The notes under the pieces were generated by a model. It was not told the origin of the DNA. It worked only from the letters and a program-made list of their open reading frames with translations, and did not search any database. Position numbers and translations under genes: made by a program. Below, one piece after another: positions 39,795-50,811 of a DNA stretch of 64,000 nucleotides; the first letter of the stretch is position 1, and every line of letters begins with the position of its first letter. Source of the stretch: Promethearchaeota archaeon (GTDB taxonomy: Archaea > Asgardarchaeota > Lokiarchaeia > Sigyniarchaeales > SOKP01); assembly GCA_029838195.1 (NCBI GenBank), contig JALGVJ010000005.1, positions 100,859 through 164,858 of the forward strand. Reading direction: 5' to 3'.

Positions 39795-42700
39795 ATGTCT
39801 GAAGTAGGAAAAGAACTTTTACAAGCGGGATTAACAAAAACTAAAATTTTGAGCATAATATTCATAGCTTCAATTTTAATTGGAGCTTTTGCATTTTCTA
39901 CTTATTTTATAAGTCAACTATTTGGCACGCAAAGATTGACTCCAAGTGAAGAATTAGCCAATGTCGAACATGAAGATGCTGAATTAATCCTACCTCCATT
40001 TCCGTTTAATGAGACATTCTTATATGAGCTCTTCAAAGATCTTAATTTAACAGAAGATCAGTTAAATGACTTAATAGACATGATATCAGAAATGTTTGAT
40101 GGTACTATAGACGATTTAGATTTAGCTCAATATGCGGCAGGGATTTTAGCTCTATTATTAAGCGATGAAGATGTATTTTACGTGTATGATTATGACAATT
40201 TTGGTAAAATGGAAGATATTTTATGGAAATATGAATGTTTTGATGAGTATACCGGTACGGGATGGAGATCTACCGCAAGTAAAGATCCATATGAGTTTTA
40301 TTCGTATGATGATTATAATACATACCATTCGGATGAAGATATTTATCGAATCAAGATGCTATTGTATCCTAATGACGGTACAAATTCGTTCGTAATACCT
40401 TCCTTATTTCCCACGCCGTTCATAATGGAAAATAGTATTAGTGGCCCCGATTTAGATCCTCAGTCTGCGACCTTATATAAATATGAATTTAATAGTACTG
40501 TTTTAGAAATTAATTTTTTTAGTACCAACGAAAGTACCATGGATTATGAATTATTTGGAACGACTTTACCAAAAGGTTCTGAAATAGATCAAATTGCTTT
40601 GGATGAATCTTTCACGCCATCCGATATACAGGATAGATACTTAAATTTACCCCCATCTATAGAAACGTACAAAGCAAATAACCCCTATTTTTATAACCAT
40701 TGGAAATATTTAAACGATCATGTGATCGAAGATAGTGATAATGCATTTATAGTAGCCGATAAAATTCGAAATTATCTCCAAAATGAGTTTTCTTTTCCAT
40801 CAGATCCAGATGATTATCAATCCGCCCCTGAAGGAGTAGATATTGTAGAATGGTTCTGCCAAACTAAAGTTGGTGTTTGGTCAGATTTTGCCTCTGCTTT
40901 TGTTGTTTTTTGCCGTGCTTTTGGAGTAGCCAGTAGATTCGTGGATGGATTTCATAGTAGAGATATCTCGCAAGAATATATTAAAGAAGAGGATACTTAT
41001 AGGATTCCTATAAAATATAGAAACATTTACAACTGGGGTGAGATTTTTGTCCCCACAAGTCAAGATGGAGATGGTCAATGGGTTCAAATGGACGTGTATT
41101 TTCAAAGCTACCTTGGTACACCTCCAAGCTTGGAAGAATTTAATATGACCGTGAGTTCTGATCAAGCGAGTTATTATCGACATGAATTAGCTACCATTAA
41201 CGCCACCCTTAGCTCAGCAACGGATTCAGTAGATGGGAAGCAAATTACTTTTCGCAATATAAATACCGATCAAGTTTTAGGTACGGCAATTACCGATCAA
41301 AATGGTACTGCTTCAATCACGATCAAATTAAATAATACCCACGTGGTTGGTCCAAACGTTATTGTTGCCACATATAACCCTCTGACTTATAATTATACTG
41401 AATATATTGTATATGGAAATGTATCTGTTAATTTACAAAGTGTCAATCCACAAGAGATTAATATATCAACGTCAAATCTTAATACTCACGTTAATGGTTA
41501 TGTTTATGATCCCGTTTATGATGGAAAAGTGGCTAATGCTACCGTAAATTTCGTTCTTTTCCAAAATGGGACAAGTACAAAAATACCTAATGCATTTTTC
41601 CCGGATTCGGCAAACACGAATGAGAATGGTGATTTTGACCTTGATTTAACATTAAACGATGCCGTTGTTCCCTCAGGTTATTATGAAATTAGAGTAGATT
41701 TCAATGGATCATGGAATTATGTCCCACTTGCCCAAGGCATAGTGAGTGCTTCCAGTAATCGAATGTTCCTTAATGTTACAGAATATCTCTATTGTAAAGT
41801 TGATTTATTCATAAATAACACCCCAACAGATTATCCCAACCCCCCTAATCCTGATAATTTAATACGTGTGAGAAGAAATGAGGAAATTTTGATGAAAGTG
41901 AATGTATCCTCTACAAAATATAACACGCCATTGGCGGGAGAAACCGTGGAATTCTATGATTATACCAATGGAAACTTGTTGATCGGTATAAACACGACCA
42001 ATTCTCAAGGGATTGCGACCATGAATTATTCTTTAGGGAACACTCATAGAGCAGGTCCTACTTTAGTTTATGTGAAAGTAAAAAATGTGGAAAATTACTC
42101 ATATTTCATCTTAAATGAATCAATTAGTATGGCTGGAGTGGTGGGTCCAAATCCATCCGAGATAAATCGAACGGGACAAGGGAGCACCTTTAACATCGCA
42201 TGTAATCTCCAAGATGACCAAGGAAATCCCGTTTATTATGGTTATCTCACGTTAAAGATGTTTCTATTAGGCTCCGACTATTCAAGCTATTTGAATCCTC
42301 AGGATATAGACCAATTAAGAGACATTGATGGAGATGGATATTATGACATAGATTTTGGAGTCGCATCTGATACGCCCTTAGATAATTATACATTAAGATT
42401 AGATTTTAATAGCACGTTTGACTTTACGAATGATTTATCGAATCCTTATCCTCATACCTTCTACTTGAAAGATTTTAATTATTCTGTCTCATTATTTCCT
42501 GAATTAAAAATAGAAGATCCTAATGTTTTTATTTTTAATTTTTACATTAACGGGACTACGGCAGATGACTATGAGAATCCGAAGATTAATCGAAATGGTC
42601 ATCTTAACCTCACGGTTTACATCCTATGGGGAAAAACTCTTGCTCAAGATGGAGAATTGGTTGGATTTTATGATATAACTAATGGAACATACATAGGACA

Positions 42701-44303
42701 TGCTCCAATATTTAATGGATGGGCAAATTTAACCTATATAACAACCCTAAACACGATCGCTGGCCCCCACTTGATTCAAGCAAATTATTCCATGGGAGGA
42801 AACATTCAATACAATTATTCCTATTTCATTTTGGATGCCCCGATCCAGATTTCCCTTACAGCGTGTCCATCTCCACGAATCATCAATAATACCGGTTCAA
42901 TTGGGCGAAATTTTGCAATTCAAGGTTCATTAATCGACCCTGCGAATAATCTACCGATTAATAAGGGAGTCATTACAGTTCACATGTTCAATGGTTTAAC
43001 AGAATATAGTAGTGAACTGGTCCTAGTGAGTGGAAGCACTTACTTGGATAATGGTCAAATTGATTTAACTTATCAGGTAAAAGATACGACATTACAGTTA
43101 AATTATACTTTAGAAGTCTGGTTTAATGGAACGTTTGATTATAGCACGTCAAGTAAACCTCATTATTTCTATTTACCCGCCATGAGCAATTTTTCCTTCT
43201 CTGCTCCCGGGCTGTTTGAATTAAAAGTAGAGGACCCTAGCGATATAATGATCATGTTAAAATTAGATAATCGATATCAACCCCCTTCTTTTGATGATTC
43301 TAATCCACCTAATATATATTCTGGAGAAATTGCTAACTTCACGGTCTGGATAAATCAAAGTGGGGTTCCTGTTACGGGTGGAACTGTAAGTATAATTGAT
43401 GTTTTTGATAATAGTAAACAACTCGACACCTATACGTATGGAGGCTCAGAAAACGGAAAACATTCCTTTTTAATAGATACATCACTTTTACATGGGGGTT
43501 TACATGAAATAAAAATTGAATATGAAGATGCTTCTCAAATATATACCAATTCTAATAGAACATATATCATCATAAATAAAACAATTAATATTATTTTAAG
43601 TCCGGACATAAATAATACTAATTATCAGAGAAATGCAACAGGATTTGTCGTTTCGGGAGTTACTAAGGATAAGGAGTCGGGAACTGGAACACGCGCATTA
43701 AACATTAGAATTTTCTTCTACGATGAATACATGAACGATGCTTCTGCGTATTTTGATATGAGCGGAAGCGATATGGTAACAACTTCAACTGATGGATCAT
43801 TTAGTTTCACGATTAATAATATTTTAGGAAATTGCTCTCAAGGTAAATATTATATAGAATTGGAATTTAATGGTAGCTACAATTTAGCACCTTATGTTGT
43901 GTTAAATTCGTATCACGGCACGCTAAACACTACATTGCGTTTCTTCATCAATATTACAGCAGGAACCTCTTTAGAAGGTTATTATTACACGGAGTATTTT
44001 CCAACACTATATGTAGTTGATGATATTTGTCATGTTGTCGGCAATGTCACGTGGGATAATGGTACTGGAATTAATGGTGTTTGGATAAACGCAACTGTTA
44101 AAAATGCTACAGGAGGAGAAATTAGTTCTAATTCAAGTTTGTCATTGGCTGATGGTTCATTTGAGATTTTGTTCAAAGTTACAGAAGATTGGGACGCTAA
44201 TACAAAAATTTATCTCTCTTTTTATCCAAAAAATAGCTTTGGAGATCCTGAATTTTACTATGTAGAAGAGGTTATTGATTTCGAAATTCCTCGCCAAACT
44301 TGA
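39795..44303 (+). CDS. large surface protein: N-terminal TM, transglutaminase-like domain (triad degenerate), tandem Ig-like repeats
   Basis: FDEYTGTGW; GVWSDFASAFVVFCRAFGVASRFVDGF; YNWGE; WVQMD; repeated beta-rich units; very many N-x-S/T sequons. Confidence 0.85.
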   Translation: MSEVGKELLQAGLTKTKILSIIFIASILIGAFAFSTYFISQLFGTQRLTPSEELANVEHEDAELILPPFPFNETFLYELFKDLNLTEDQLNDLIDMISEMFDGTIDDLDLAQYAAGILALLLSDEDVFYVYDYDNFGKMEDILWKYECFDEYTGTGWRSTASKDPYEFYSYDDYNTYHSDEDIYRIKMLLYPNDGTNSFVIPSLFPTPFIMENSISGPDLDPQSATLYKYEFNSTVLEINFFSTNESTMDYELFGTTLPKGSEIDQIALDESFTPSDIQDRYLNLPPSIETYKANNPYFYNHWKYLNDHVIEDSDNAFIVADKIRNYLQNEFSFPSDPDDYQSAPEGVDIVEWFCQTKVGVWSDFASAFVVFCRAFGVASRFVDGFHSRDISQEYIKEEDTYRIPIKYRNIYNWGEIFVPTSQDGDGQWVQMDVYFQSYLGTPPSLEEFNMTVSSDQASYYRHELATINATLSSATDSVDGKQITFRNINTDQVLGTAITDQNGTASITIKLNNTHVVGPNVIVATYNPLTYNYTEYIVYGNVSVNLQSVNPQEINISTSNLNTHVNGYVYDPVYDGKVANATVNFVLFQNGTSTKIPNAFFPDSANTNENGDFDLDLTLNDAVVPSGYYEIRVDFNGSWNYVPLAQGIVSASSNRMFLNVTEYLYCKVDLFINNTPTDYPNPPNPDNLIRVRRNEEILMKVNVSSTKYNTPLAGETVEFYDYTNGNLLIGINTTNSQGIATMNYSLGNTHRAGPTLVYVKVKNVENYSYFILNESISMAGVVGPNPSEINRTGQGSTFNIACNLQDDQGNPVYYGYLTLKMFLLGSDYSSYLNPQDIDQLRDIDGDGYYDIDFGVASDTPLDNYTLRLDFNSTFDFTNDLSNPYPHTFYLKDFNYSVSLFPELKIEDPNVFIFNFYINGTTADDYENPKINRNGHLNLTVYILWGKTLAQDGELVGFYDITNGTYIGHAPIFNGWANLTYITTLNTIAGPHLIQANYSMGGNIQYNYSYFILDAPIQISLTACPSPRIINNTGSIGRNFAIQGSLIDPANNLPINKGVITVHMFNGLTEYSSELVLVSGSTYLDNGQIDLTYQVKDTTLQLNYTLEVWFNGTFDYSTSSKPHYFYLPAMSNFSFSAPGLFELKVEDPSDIMIMLKLDNRYQPPSFDDSNPPNIYSGEIANFTVWINQSGVPVTGGTVSIIDVFDNSKQLDTYTYGGSENGKHSFLIDTSLLHGGLHEIKIEYEDASQIYTNSNRTYIIINKTINIILSPDINNTNYQRNATGFVVSGVTKDKESGTGTRALNIRIFFYDEYMNDASAYFDMSGSDMVTTSTDGSFSFTINNILGNCSQGKYYIELEFNGSYNLAPYVVLNSYHGTLNTTLRFFINITAGTSLEGYYYTEYFPTLYVVDDICHVVGNVTWDNGTGINGVWINATVKNATGGEISSNSSLSLADGSFEILFKVTEDWDANTKIYLSFYPKNSFGDPEFYYVEEVIDFEIPRQT

Positions 44304-44335
44304 TTAATTAATCAAAAAAACACGATTAAGCAAAA

Positions 44336-45958
44336 ATGAAGAAAATTATAGGTCGTAAAAGGATGCATTGGAATAAAATAAAATATTTCCTTTTAGTCCT
44401 ATTTTTATTTCTCAATTTATTATATTTTATAAACGAGAATAATCGTTTAGAAACTATTTTTCAAGATAAAAATTGGGAACATTCTAAAAATGATGGTAAT
44501 TATATTAATGAGGATGGTTCGCCTTACATTCGGCCTTCTGCGATAAAATACTTTATTAATCTGACAAATCATGAAATAAATAATACTCGTCATTATACCG
44601 GAACAAACATCACTATTGAAGGAATAATATATGATCCAATACCACCTTTAGAAGATACAAAGGGAATAAATGTATCTATTGTGGTTGATGGGATTCTATA
44701 CCCTGAATTTAAAAATACAACGGGAGGTGGAGGTGTTTTCAAGATAAATTTTACCATACCAAATACACTTGCGGTAAATGTACCCCACAGAATTGAAGTA
44801 AATGTAACTGATGATATAGAAGTATTAATACGTCATCATTATATCATTTACGTTAATACATCGTCCGTTTTTCAGGGAATAACTACGCCTACAATTCCGT
44901 TCCTTTCAGGAGAAAATTTCACGCTTTCAGGAACTTTACGATATGAGAACGGAACAACCATAAAAAATGCTAATGTAAGCAGGTATTGGTATCAAGGTGC
45001 TTCTATTATTGCCAGCGGGTCATTTCTGACAGATAAGGCAGGCAATTTTCCTCCTTTTATAGTTCCATCATCAAAGGCGAGAACATTAGACTTAAAATTA
45101 AATTATTCGTCACCGCCGGAAGTGAACTATTCAGAAACGATGATTAGTATTAACGTGTTTTCAAATATTTCGGTTTTTTGGGATATCAATGAGTCGATAT
45201 ATGAGGGGGATGAGGTTCGAGTGCGAGGATATATCACGTCTTCCACGCATCCTTCGCTAAAAATAAATAATCGAACAATTCGGGTTTATTATGACGGTGA
45301 TTTAATTGACACGACGATAACGGATTCGAATGGCACGTTTTCACTCAGGTATACCATTCCGAATGGGACGGGCTTGAGAGCTTTTCAAGTGGAGGTCGTG
45401 AATCTTGTAGGCAAAAATATTATATCAAAAAATATAATAGAAGTTCAATCAGAGCCGACAAGTGAGCCCGTTGAAGTTACTATTACAGAAGAGGAGGTTC
45501 CCTTTGAAACGTTCTTAACATATTTCATTCCGATAATGATTGGAATAGGAGCGGCGTTAGTTATCGGAGGGTATCTTTATTACAGGAGAGTTATCGTGAA
45601 ATCTTCTGTTGTTAACATACCTCTCGCTCCGAAAATAAAGAATTTCAAAATCTTAAAAGATTCCGGTCGCATGGAAGAATCCATCACGTATTTATTTAAA
45701 GCAATATACATGGAATTAATAAAGGGAAAATTTGGAAGGGTTATGCGAGAAATGGAGACAATTAGGGATTTCGCAATTATTTGCGTTAAGGATTTCAAAC
45801 TAAATCCCATGACCATATATCCCTTTATTCAAAATATAGAAAAAGTGATTTATGACAGACCTTTTATGGTTACGGAGGAAGAATTCAATAGAATTTGCGA
45901 CTTATTTCGACCAATCTATTTGGAATTAACGGGATATGATTTTATTTTAAATTTTTAA
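44336..45958 (+). CDS. Ig-like surface protein with C-terminal TM and cytoplasmic DUF4129-like domain
   Basis: Signal-like N-terminus; TD..G.F Ig-type repeats; TM FLTYFIPIMIGIGAALVIGGYLYY; ETIRDFA motif. Confidence 0.75.
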   Translation: MKKIIGRKRMHWNKIKYFLLVLFLFLNLLYFINENNRLETIFQDKNWEHSKNDGNYINEDGSPYIRPSAIKYFINLTNHEINNTRHYTGTNITIEGIIYDPIPPLEDTKGINVSIVVDGILYPEFKNTTGGGGVFKINFTIPNTLAVNVPHRIEVNVTDDIEVLIRHHYIIYVNTSSVFQGITTPTIPFLSGENFTLSGTLRYENGTTIKNANVSRYWYQGASIIASGSFLTDKAGNFPPFIVPSSKARTLDLKLNYSSPPEVNYSETMISINVFSNISVFWDINESIYEGDEVRVRGYITSSTHPSLKINNRTIRVYYDGDLIDTTITDSNGTFSLRYTIPNGTGLRAFQVEVVNLVGKNIISKNIIEVQSEPTSEPVEVTITEEEVPFETFLTYFIPIMIGIGAALVIGGYLYYRRVIVKSSVVNIPLAPKIKNFKILKDSGRMEESITYLFKAIYMELIKGKFGRVMREMETIRDFAIICVKDFKLNPMTIYPFIQNIEKVIYDRPFMVTEEEFNRICDLFRPIYLELTGYDFILNF

Positions 45959-46040
45959 TCGAAATTAATGATGACATGTAAAAAAAAATTTTAAATAACA
46001 GAAAAAAAATTATCAAATAAAAGAAAAAGGTTGTAAAAAT

Positions 46041-46421
46041 ATGGGATTATTCGGAGGTAAAAAGAAAAAAATATCGGGTAGCACGTTTGATATAAGAAAG
46101 AAAATTCAAAATTTAAAAATACTAATTGAATCCGGGAGATCTAAAGAAGCCATTGCTTATATTTATCTCATTTATAATGATCTCATCAAAAGCAAATACA
46201 ATAAACCCCGATTACCTTATCAGACGATTCGGGAATATGCGATTACATGTGTAAATGAATTAAATCAAAAACCAGAAAACGTGTATCCTTTTGTTTCAAA
46301 AGTGGAAAGTATAATTTATGGTGGCATTGATCCGGATAAAGAAGACTTCCAGTCGACCATACAATTATTTTCAAATCTCTATCACGAGATTACGGGAACC
46401 TCATTATCAATCAATTTATGA
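46041..46421 (+). CDS. stand-alone DUF4129-like protein
   Basis: Clearly paralogous to the C-terminal domain of 44336-45958 (KI.NLKIL..SGR..E, TIRE/DY/FAI, YPF); N-terminus MGLFGGKKKK. Confidence 0.75.
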   Translation: MGLFGGKKKKISGSTFDIRKKIQNLKILIESGRSKEAIAYIYLIYNDLIKSKYNKPRLPYQTIREYAITCVNELNQKPENVYPFVSKVESIIYGGIDPDKEDFQSTIQLFSNLYHEITGTSLSINL

Positions 46422-46489
46422 GAAAATATATATCGCACGTGTTTATTTAAAATTATAAATAACCAAAGAAGTAAGGGATTAGTAAAAAT

Positions 46490-48247
46490 ATGGTCATTAG
46501 CAGCAAATATCAGAAAAGTATCAATATTTCAAAAACAATTATATATCTCTTTTTCATGATATATTTAATTGTTTTAGGGGTCATCTTACCCGATTTCATT
46601 AGTGCCTTTCAATTAAACAACGCAGTTGGACTTCCCCTTTACTTGAGTTATTTACCACTCGCATGCTTTGTTTTTGCTTTTTTCTTTTTCATATCTTTTG
46701 TAATTTTTATTCGAAATCTTTCAGCAGGAAAAATCAAGGAAGTTGCAAAACGGAAAAAAAAAGGCATTATAGGTCAAACATATAGACAAGCGTTATTTTT
46801 AGTAATATTTATCTTTTGCTTTATTCCCCTCTTTAGTCCCATAATTGATCAGGGACGAAATAATCAATATTTCTCTATATATAATTCCGACCCTAATTCC
46901 CCCTATTATTGGAGAGGGGCTTCTATTTTTAAACAAGCAATAGAAGATGAGGGGTACGAAGTCTATAATATTCAAACAAGTTTAAGTGCGACGCAGAGGA
47001 TAAACAAGTCGATTTTACTTATCCTTTTAGGACCTAATCAATATTACAATCCGGTTTTTGAAATCCCCTATTTTATTGATTTTTTCAAGGGAGAAAATTC
47101 ATTATTGATCTGTCATGATTATGGTTCCACGAGCACGCTATTATGGGAAATATTCTTTTCGAATCTAGCAGATCCGAACGTAGAAAATAAAATACCGGTC
47201 ACGATTTTTCCCGAAGGAACTTTAAGAGATAATCAATCATATGCGAAAAGACCGGATTTTCCTGTAATCACGTGGTTTGAATCTCATCCCACAACAAGAG
47301 GGATCAATAAAGTCATTCTCTCTAAAGCCACGTGTGCTTTAGGAGGGCCATTTGTTGATTTATTTGGATGGCAAGTGGTAGGCCGAACTAGCTTTTATAG
47401 TTATATTGATAGAAATGATGATGGTGTCTATAAATATGAGGATGATAATATAGATTTATCCTTCATGGCGGATTATATTCCCGGTTTACCCAAGGAAATT
47501 ACAAAATTTCCCTTAGGTGGTTATCCCCAATCTGTATTCATGGCAAAAGATACGGGAAATGTCAGGGTCTTCGTTTCTTCAGATGCTAGTTTATTTAGCA
47601 ATGAATTGGTGAGTGAACCTGGCTATGATAATCTTCAATTTGGATTAAATATCATTGATTGGTTAACAAGAGGAAAAAATAAAGAGGATTGGATTGTCGT
47701 CTTTGATGAGGCTCATATTCGACCAGAATATTCTCGAGATTTATCTTCTGCAGGAATTTTCGGCTTTGTAGTAAAATATGTCATGCATTTATCAACCAAT
47801 CCAATAACTGCTTGGATATACCCAATTTTGGCATTATATTCTCTCAGAAAATATATTCCTAAAAAGAGTATAGAAGAAGAGAGAAAAAAATCGCTACAAG
47901 AGAAGAAAAGAGAAGAAGAGATGCAGAGATTTAGGACATCCTCATTTTTTGCCGAAAAGATAAATTGGTATAGAGAAAATAGACGATATGAAAAAGCTTT
48001 AACGTTATTATTTCGTAGAGTAGAGCGTAAATTAAATGCGCTGTTAGGTGATGAGAGAATTACAACAAAGAATGTAATAAACATGGTAATGGAAAAAGAA
48101 CCGTTTATTACAAGAAGTAAAATTAATCGGATAAATAGATTCTTAGAAAAAATGCTAACAATAAAATCTGGTGGAAAACGGGTTAAAAATGAAAAAGAAT
48201 TCGAAGATTTATTTTTTGAGATGGAATGGGTTTTTAATAATATCTAA
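46490..48247 (+). CDS. membrane protein with DUF4350/GIFT(GldG/IFT52)-like domain
   Basis: Three N-terminal TMs; FSIYN..W.GAS.F; HPTTRGI; SDASLFSNE...DNLQFGLNIIDWL; VVFDEAH; a further TM and a cytoplasmic tail. Confidence 0.7.
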   Translation: MVISSKYQKSINISKTIIYLFFMIYLIVLGVILPDFISAFQLNNAVGLPLYLSYLPLACFVFAFFFFISFVIFIRNLSAGKIKEVAKRKKKGIIGQTYRQALFLVIFIFCFIPLFSPIIDQGRNNQYFSIYNSDPNSPYYWRGASIFKQAIEDEGYEVYNIQTSLSATQRINKSILLILLGPNQYYNPVFEIPYFIDFFKGENSLLICHDYGSTSTLLWEIFFSNLADPNVENKIPVTIFPEGTLRDNQSYAKRPDFPVITWFESHPTTRGINKVILSKATCALGGPFVDLFGWQVVGRTSFYSYIDRNDDGVYKYEDDNIDLSFMADYIPGLPKEITKFPLGGYPQSVFMAKDTGNVRVFVSSDASLFSNELVSEPGYDNLQFGLNIIDWLTRGKNKEDWIVVFDEAHIRPEYSRDLSSAGIFGFVVKYVMHLSTNPITAWIYPILALYSLRKYIPKKSIEEERKKSLQEKKREEEMQRFRTSSFFAEKINWYRENRRYEKALTLLFRRVERKLNALLGDERITTKNVINMVMEKEPFITRSKINRINRFLEKMLTIKSGGKRVKNEKEFEDLFFEMEWVFNNI

Positions 48248-48360
48248 TCGAAAAAAGAATGGAATATTAAAATGAATTAAAAGTAAAAATTTTAAAAATA
48301 TTTAAGTTGATGAGTTTTTATTAAATAATTTGATCAATATAAAATTGGTGTAAAAAAAAT

Positions 48361-49341
48361 ATGGATTCGCAAATAAAAGGAAAAATTTATGACCATCAAC
48401 AATTGAATGTGGAGCCCATTAGAGAAATTGCTCAAGCGATACTTTCAGAAGTTTCTAGAGTCATTGTAGGCTATGGGGAGATTCTCCAACAGCTCTTCAT
48501 TGCGCTCCTTGTAAACGGACATGTCCTACTTGAAGGTGTTCCTGGTTTGGGAAAAACAGTAATGGCTAAAACATTCGCAAGAACGTTGGGTATATCTTTC
48601 AGGAGAATTCAATTTACTCCCGATTTGCTTCCAGCTGACATTACGGGAACAAAAATATTTGATCAGAATGAAGGTGCTTTTGTTTTACAGAAAGGTCCTT
48701 TATTCGCAAACATAGTTTTAGCAGATGAGATCAATAGAAGTGCTCCCAAAACTCAATCGGCACTCTTAGAGGCCATGGCGGAGCGACAAATTACAATTGA
48801 AGGGCAAACCTTGCCTTTAGAAAAACCATTTATGGTAATTGCCACCGAAAATCCCGTGGAAATGGAAGGAACGTATCCCTTACCAGAAGCTCAGGTTGAT
48901 CGCTTTTTATTTAAATTATGGTTGGATTATCCTGAACAAGATGATGAAATAGAGATCCTTAAACGCCAATTATCGGGGGAATTACCCCCTGTAGATGTCA
49001 TCACTAACGCAGAAGAGATAATTGCGGCTCAGAACTTGATGAATTATGTTTACATAGACAGCAGAATTTTAAAATATATTCGAGATATTGTTTTGAAAAC
49101 TAGAAATCATCCACAGATTGCTCTAGGTTGTGGTCCTAGAGCATCATTGGTATTAATGAAATGTGCGAAAGCACGAGCTGCGATTCTGGGACGAACATAT
49201 GTTACGCCAGATGATGTGAGAGCTTTGACGGTACCAGCACTGAACCATCGTATCTTACTTAAACCAGAAGCTGAATTGGAAGGTCTTGATGTTAAAGCAG
49301 TGATAAAAAATATCATTCAAGAGATTCCCGTCCCAATCTAA
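48361..49341 (+). CDS. moxR: MoxR-proper AAA+ ATPase
   Basis: GHVLLEGVPGLGKT, RIQFTPDLLPADITG, LADEINR, ATENP.E.EGTYPLPEAQVDRF. Confidence 0.96.
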   Translation: MDSQIKGKIYDHQQLNVEPIREIAQAILSEVSRVIVGYGEILQQLFIALLVNGHVLLEGVPGLGKTVMAKTFARTLGISFRRIQFTPDLLPADITGTKIFDQNEGAFVLQKGPLFANIVLADEINRSAPKTQSALLEAMAERQITIEGQTLPLEKPFMVIATENPVEMEGTYPLPEAQVDRFLFKLWLDYPEQDDEIEILKRQLSGELPPVDVITNAEEIIAAQNLMNYVYIDSRILKYIRDIVLKTRNHPQIALGCGPRASLVLMKCAKARAAILGRTYVTPDDVRALTVPALNHRILLKPEAELEGLDVKAVIKNIIQEIPVPI

Positions 49342-49427
49342 AGGGCTTTAAAAATCAGAAAAACAGAAAATAACAGCAAGAATATTCCATTTAGAATTTT
49401 TCCTTTAAAGAAGAAAGAGGCCTTGAG

Positions 49428-50756
49428 ATGTTAGGTGGAAAAGGAAGGAGTTTGGTCATGTTTGCAGTATTTTTTCTTACTGCGGGATTCGCATTTGTAA
49501 ATTATTTTCTGATCTATTTTGGGATAATTTTATTATTTAGTACAGTAGTGAGTTTACCACTTTTTTATTATCAAATGAATGTTGAAGAACTGAGAGTTCA
49601 TAGAGAGCTCGAAAAGGAAAAGGTATTTAAGGACGATTTTGTACATGTAAAAGTGATTATTGAAAATATAGGTAATAATAATTTTGATTTTATTGAGGTA
49701 AGAGATAATTTTAACCTTGATCTTTTTAAATTAATTCTCGGAGAAAATTTCATTTCTACGAGAATCGGGCCAAGAGAGGTCATAAGTTTTTCTTACATTC
49801 TTGAACCACAAGTTCGGGGAGAATATCCCTTAGGGCCCCTTTCCATCACGGTCAAGGACAGATTGGGGTTTAATTCTGCTGAAAGAATTGTTCCTGATAG
49901 TATTACTGATATTTTGGTTTATCCTCCATATGATGATATAAAACGTATTGAAATTCTCGGGTCTAAACGTTCGTTACAATTAAATTTTGGTGAACTCCGA
50001 TCAAAACAAAAAGGTCTTGGTTCTGAATTTTATGGGATGAGAAAATACGTGTTTGGAGATCAATTTCGGTTAATTGATTGGAAAGCTAGCGTGAGAACGC
50101 AAAAGCTAATAGTGAGAGAATTTGAAACGGAACGAGACATAACTGTAATGATAATACTTGATGCTTCCGAATCGATGGCAGGAGGGGCTATTGAAAATAC
50201 AAAATTCGAATATTCAATTAGAGCTTGTATGTTATTAGCTAAAGTAGCTCTCACCCGTCGAGATAGCGTGGGCGTATTTGCATTTTCCGATAAAAAAAAT
50301 TTTCATTTTTTAAAACCTAAAAGTGGAGAGGATTTTTTTTACCAGATTTTAGATTTTGTAGCAAGGATTAAATGCAGCTCTAGAGCCTCATGGATAGAGG
50401 CAATGGATTATTTTATCAGAAGACATCAAAAAAGATCATTAATTTTTTTAATATCAGATTTGGAATCGGATGTGAAAGAAATAAGTCAAGCAATTAAAAA
50501 ATTGCTTCCATTCAATCATACCATTATAATAATAAATCCATTTTCACCGTTTTTTGAAGTCCATGAGCTTGATTTATCTTCTACGGATAAAGCTTTAGCA
50601 GAAGCCATAAGCGAAGAAATGATGGAGCACATTTTGACAATCAAACAAGAAATGAGAACTTATGGCACGAATATCATTACAGTAGGCCCAGATGATATGA
50701 TGAATTTGATACTTTCAAGCTACATGGAGGCTAAAAAGAAAGGTAAAGCATATTAA
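49428..50756 (+). CDS. DUF58 domain protein (N-terminal TMs, Ig-like, VWA-like)
   Basis: RGEY.LGP, VYP, EFYGMRKY..GD..R.IDWKAS, REFE.E, DASES, ISD. Confidence 0.92.
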   Translation: MLGGKGRSLVMFAVFFLTAGFAFVNYFLIYFGIILLFSTVVSLPLFYYQMNVEELRVHRELEKEKVFKDDFVHVKVIIENIGNNNFDFIEVRDNFNLDLFKLILGENFISTRIGPREVISFSYILEPQVRGEYPLGPLSITVKDRLGFNSAERIVPDSITDILVYPPYDDIKRIEILGSKRSLQLNFGELRSKQKGLGSEFYGMRKYVFGDQFRLIDWKASVRTQKLIVREFETERDITVMIILDASESMAGGAIENTKFEYSIRACMLLAKVALTRRDSVGVFAFSDKKNFHFLKPKSGEDFFYQILDFVARIKCSSRASWIEAMDYFIRRHQKRSLIFLISDLESDVKEISQAIKKLLPFNHTIIIINPFSPFFEVHELDLSSTDKALAEAISEEMMEHILTIKQEMRTYGTNIITVGPDDMMNLILSSYMEAKKKGKAY

Positions 50757-50811
50757 TTAAATTCATATAAAAACATGTTAATAATTTTATAAAACAAAAG
50801 AATAGATAAAA

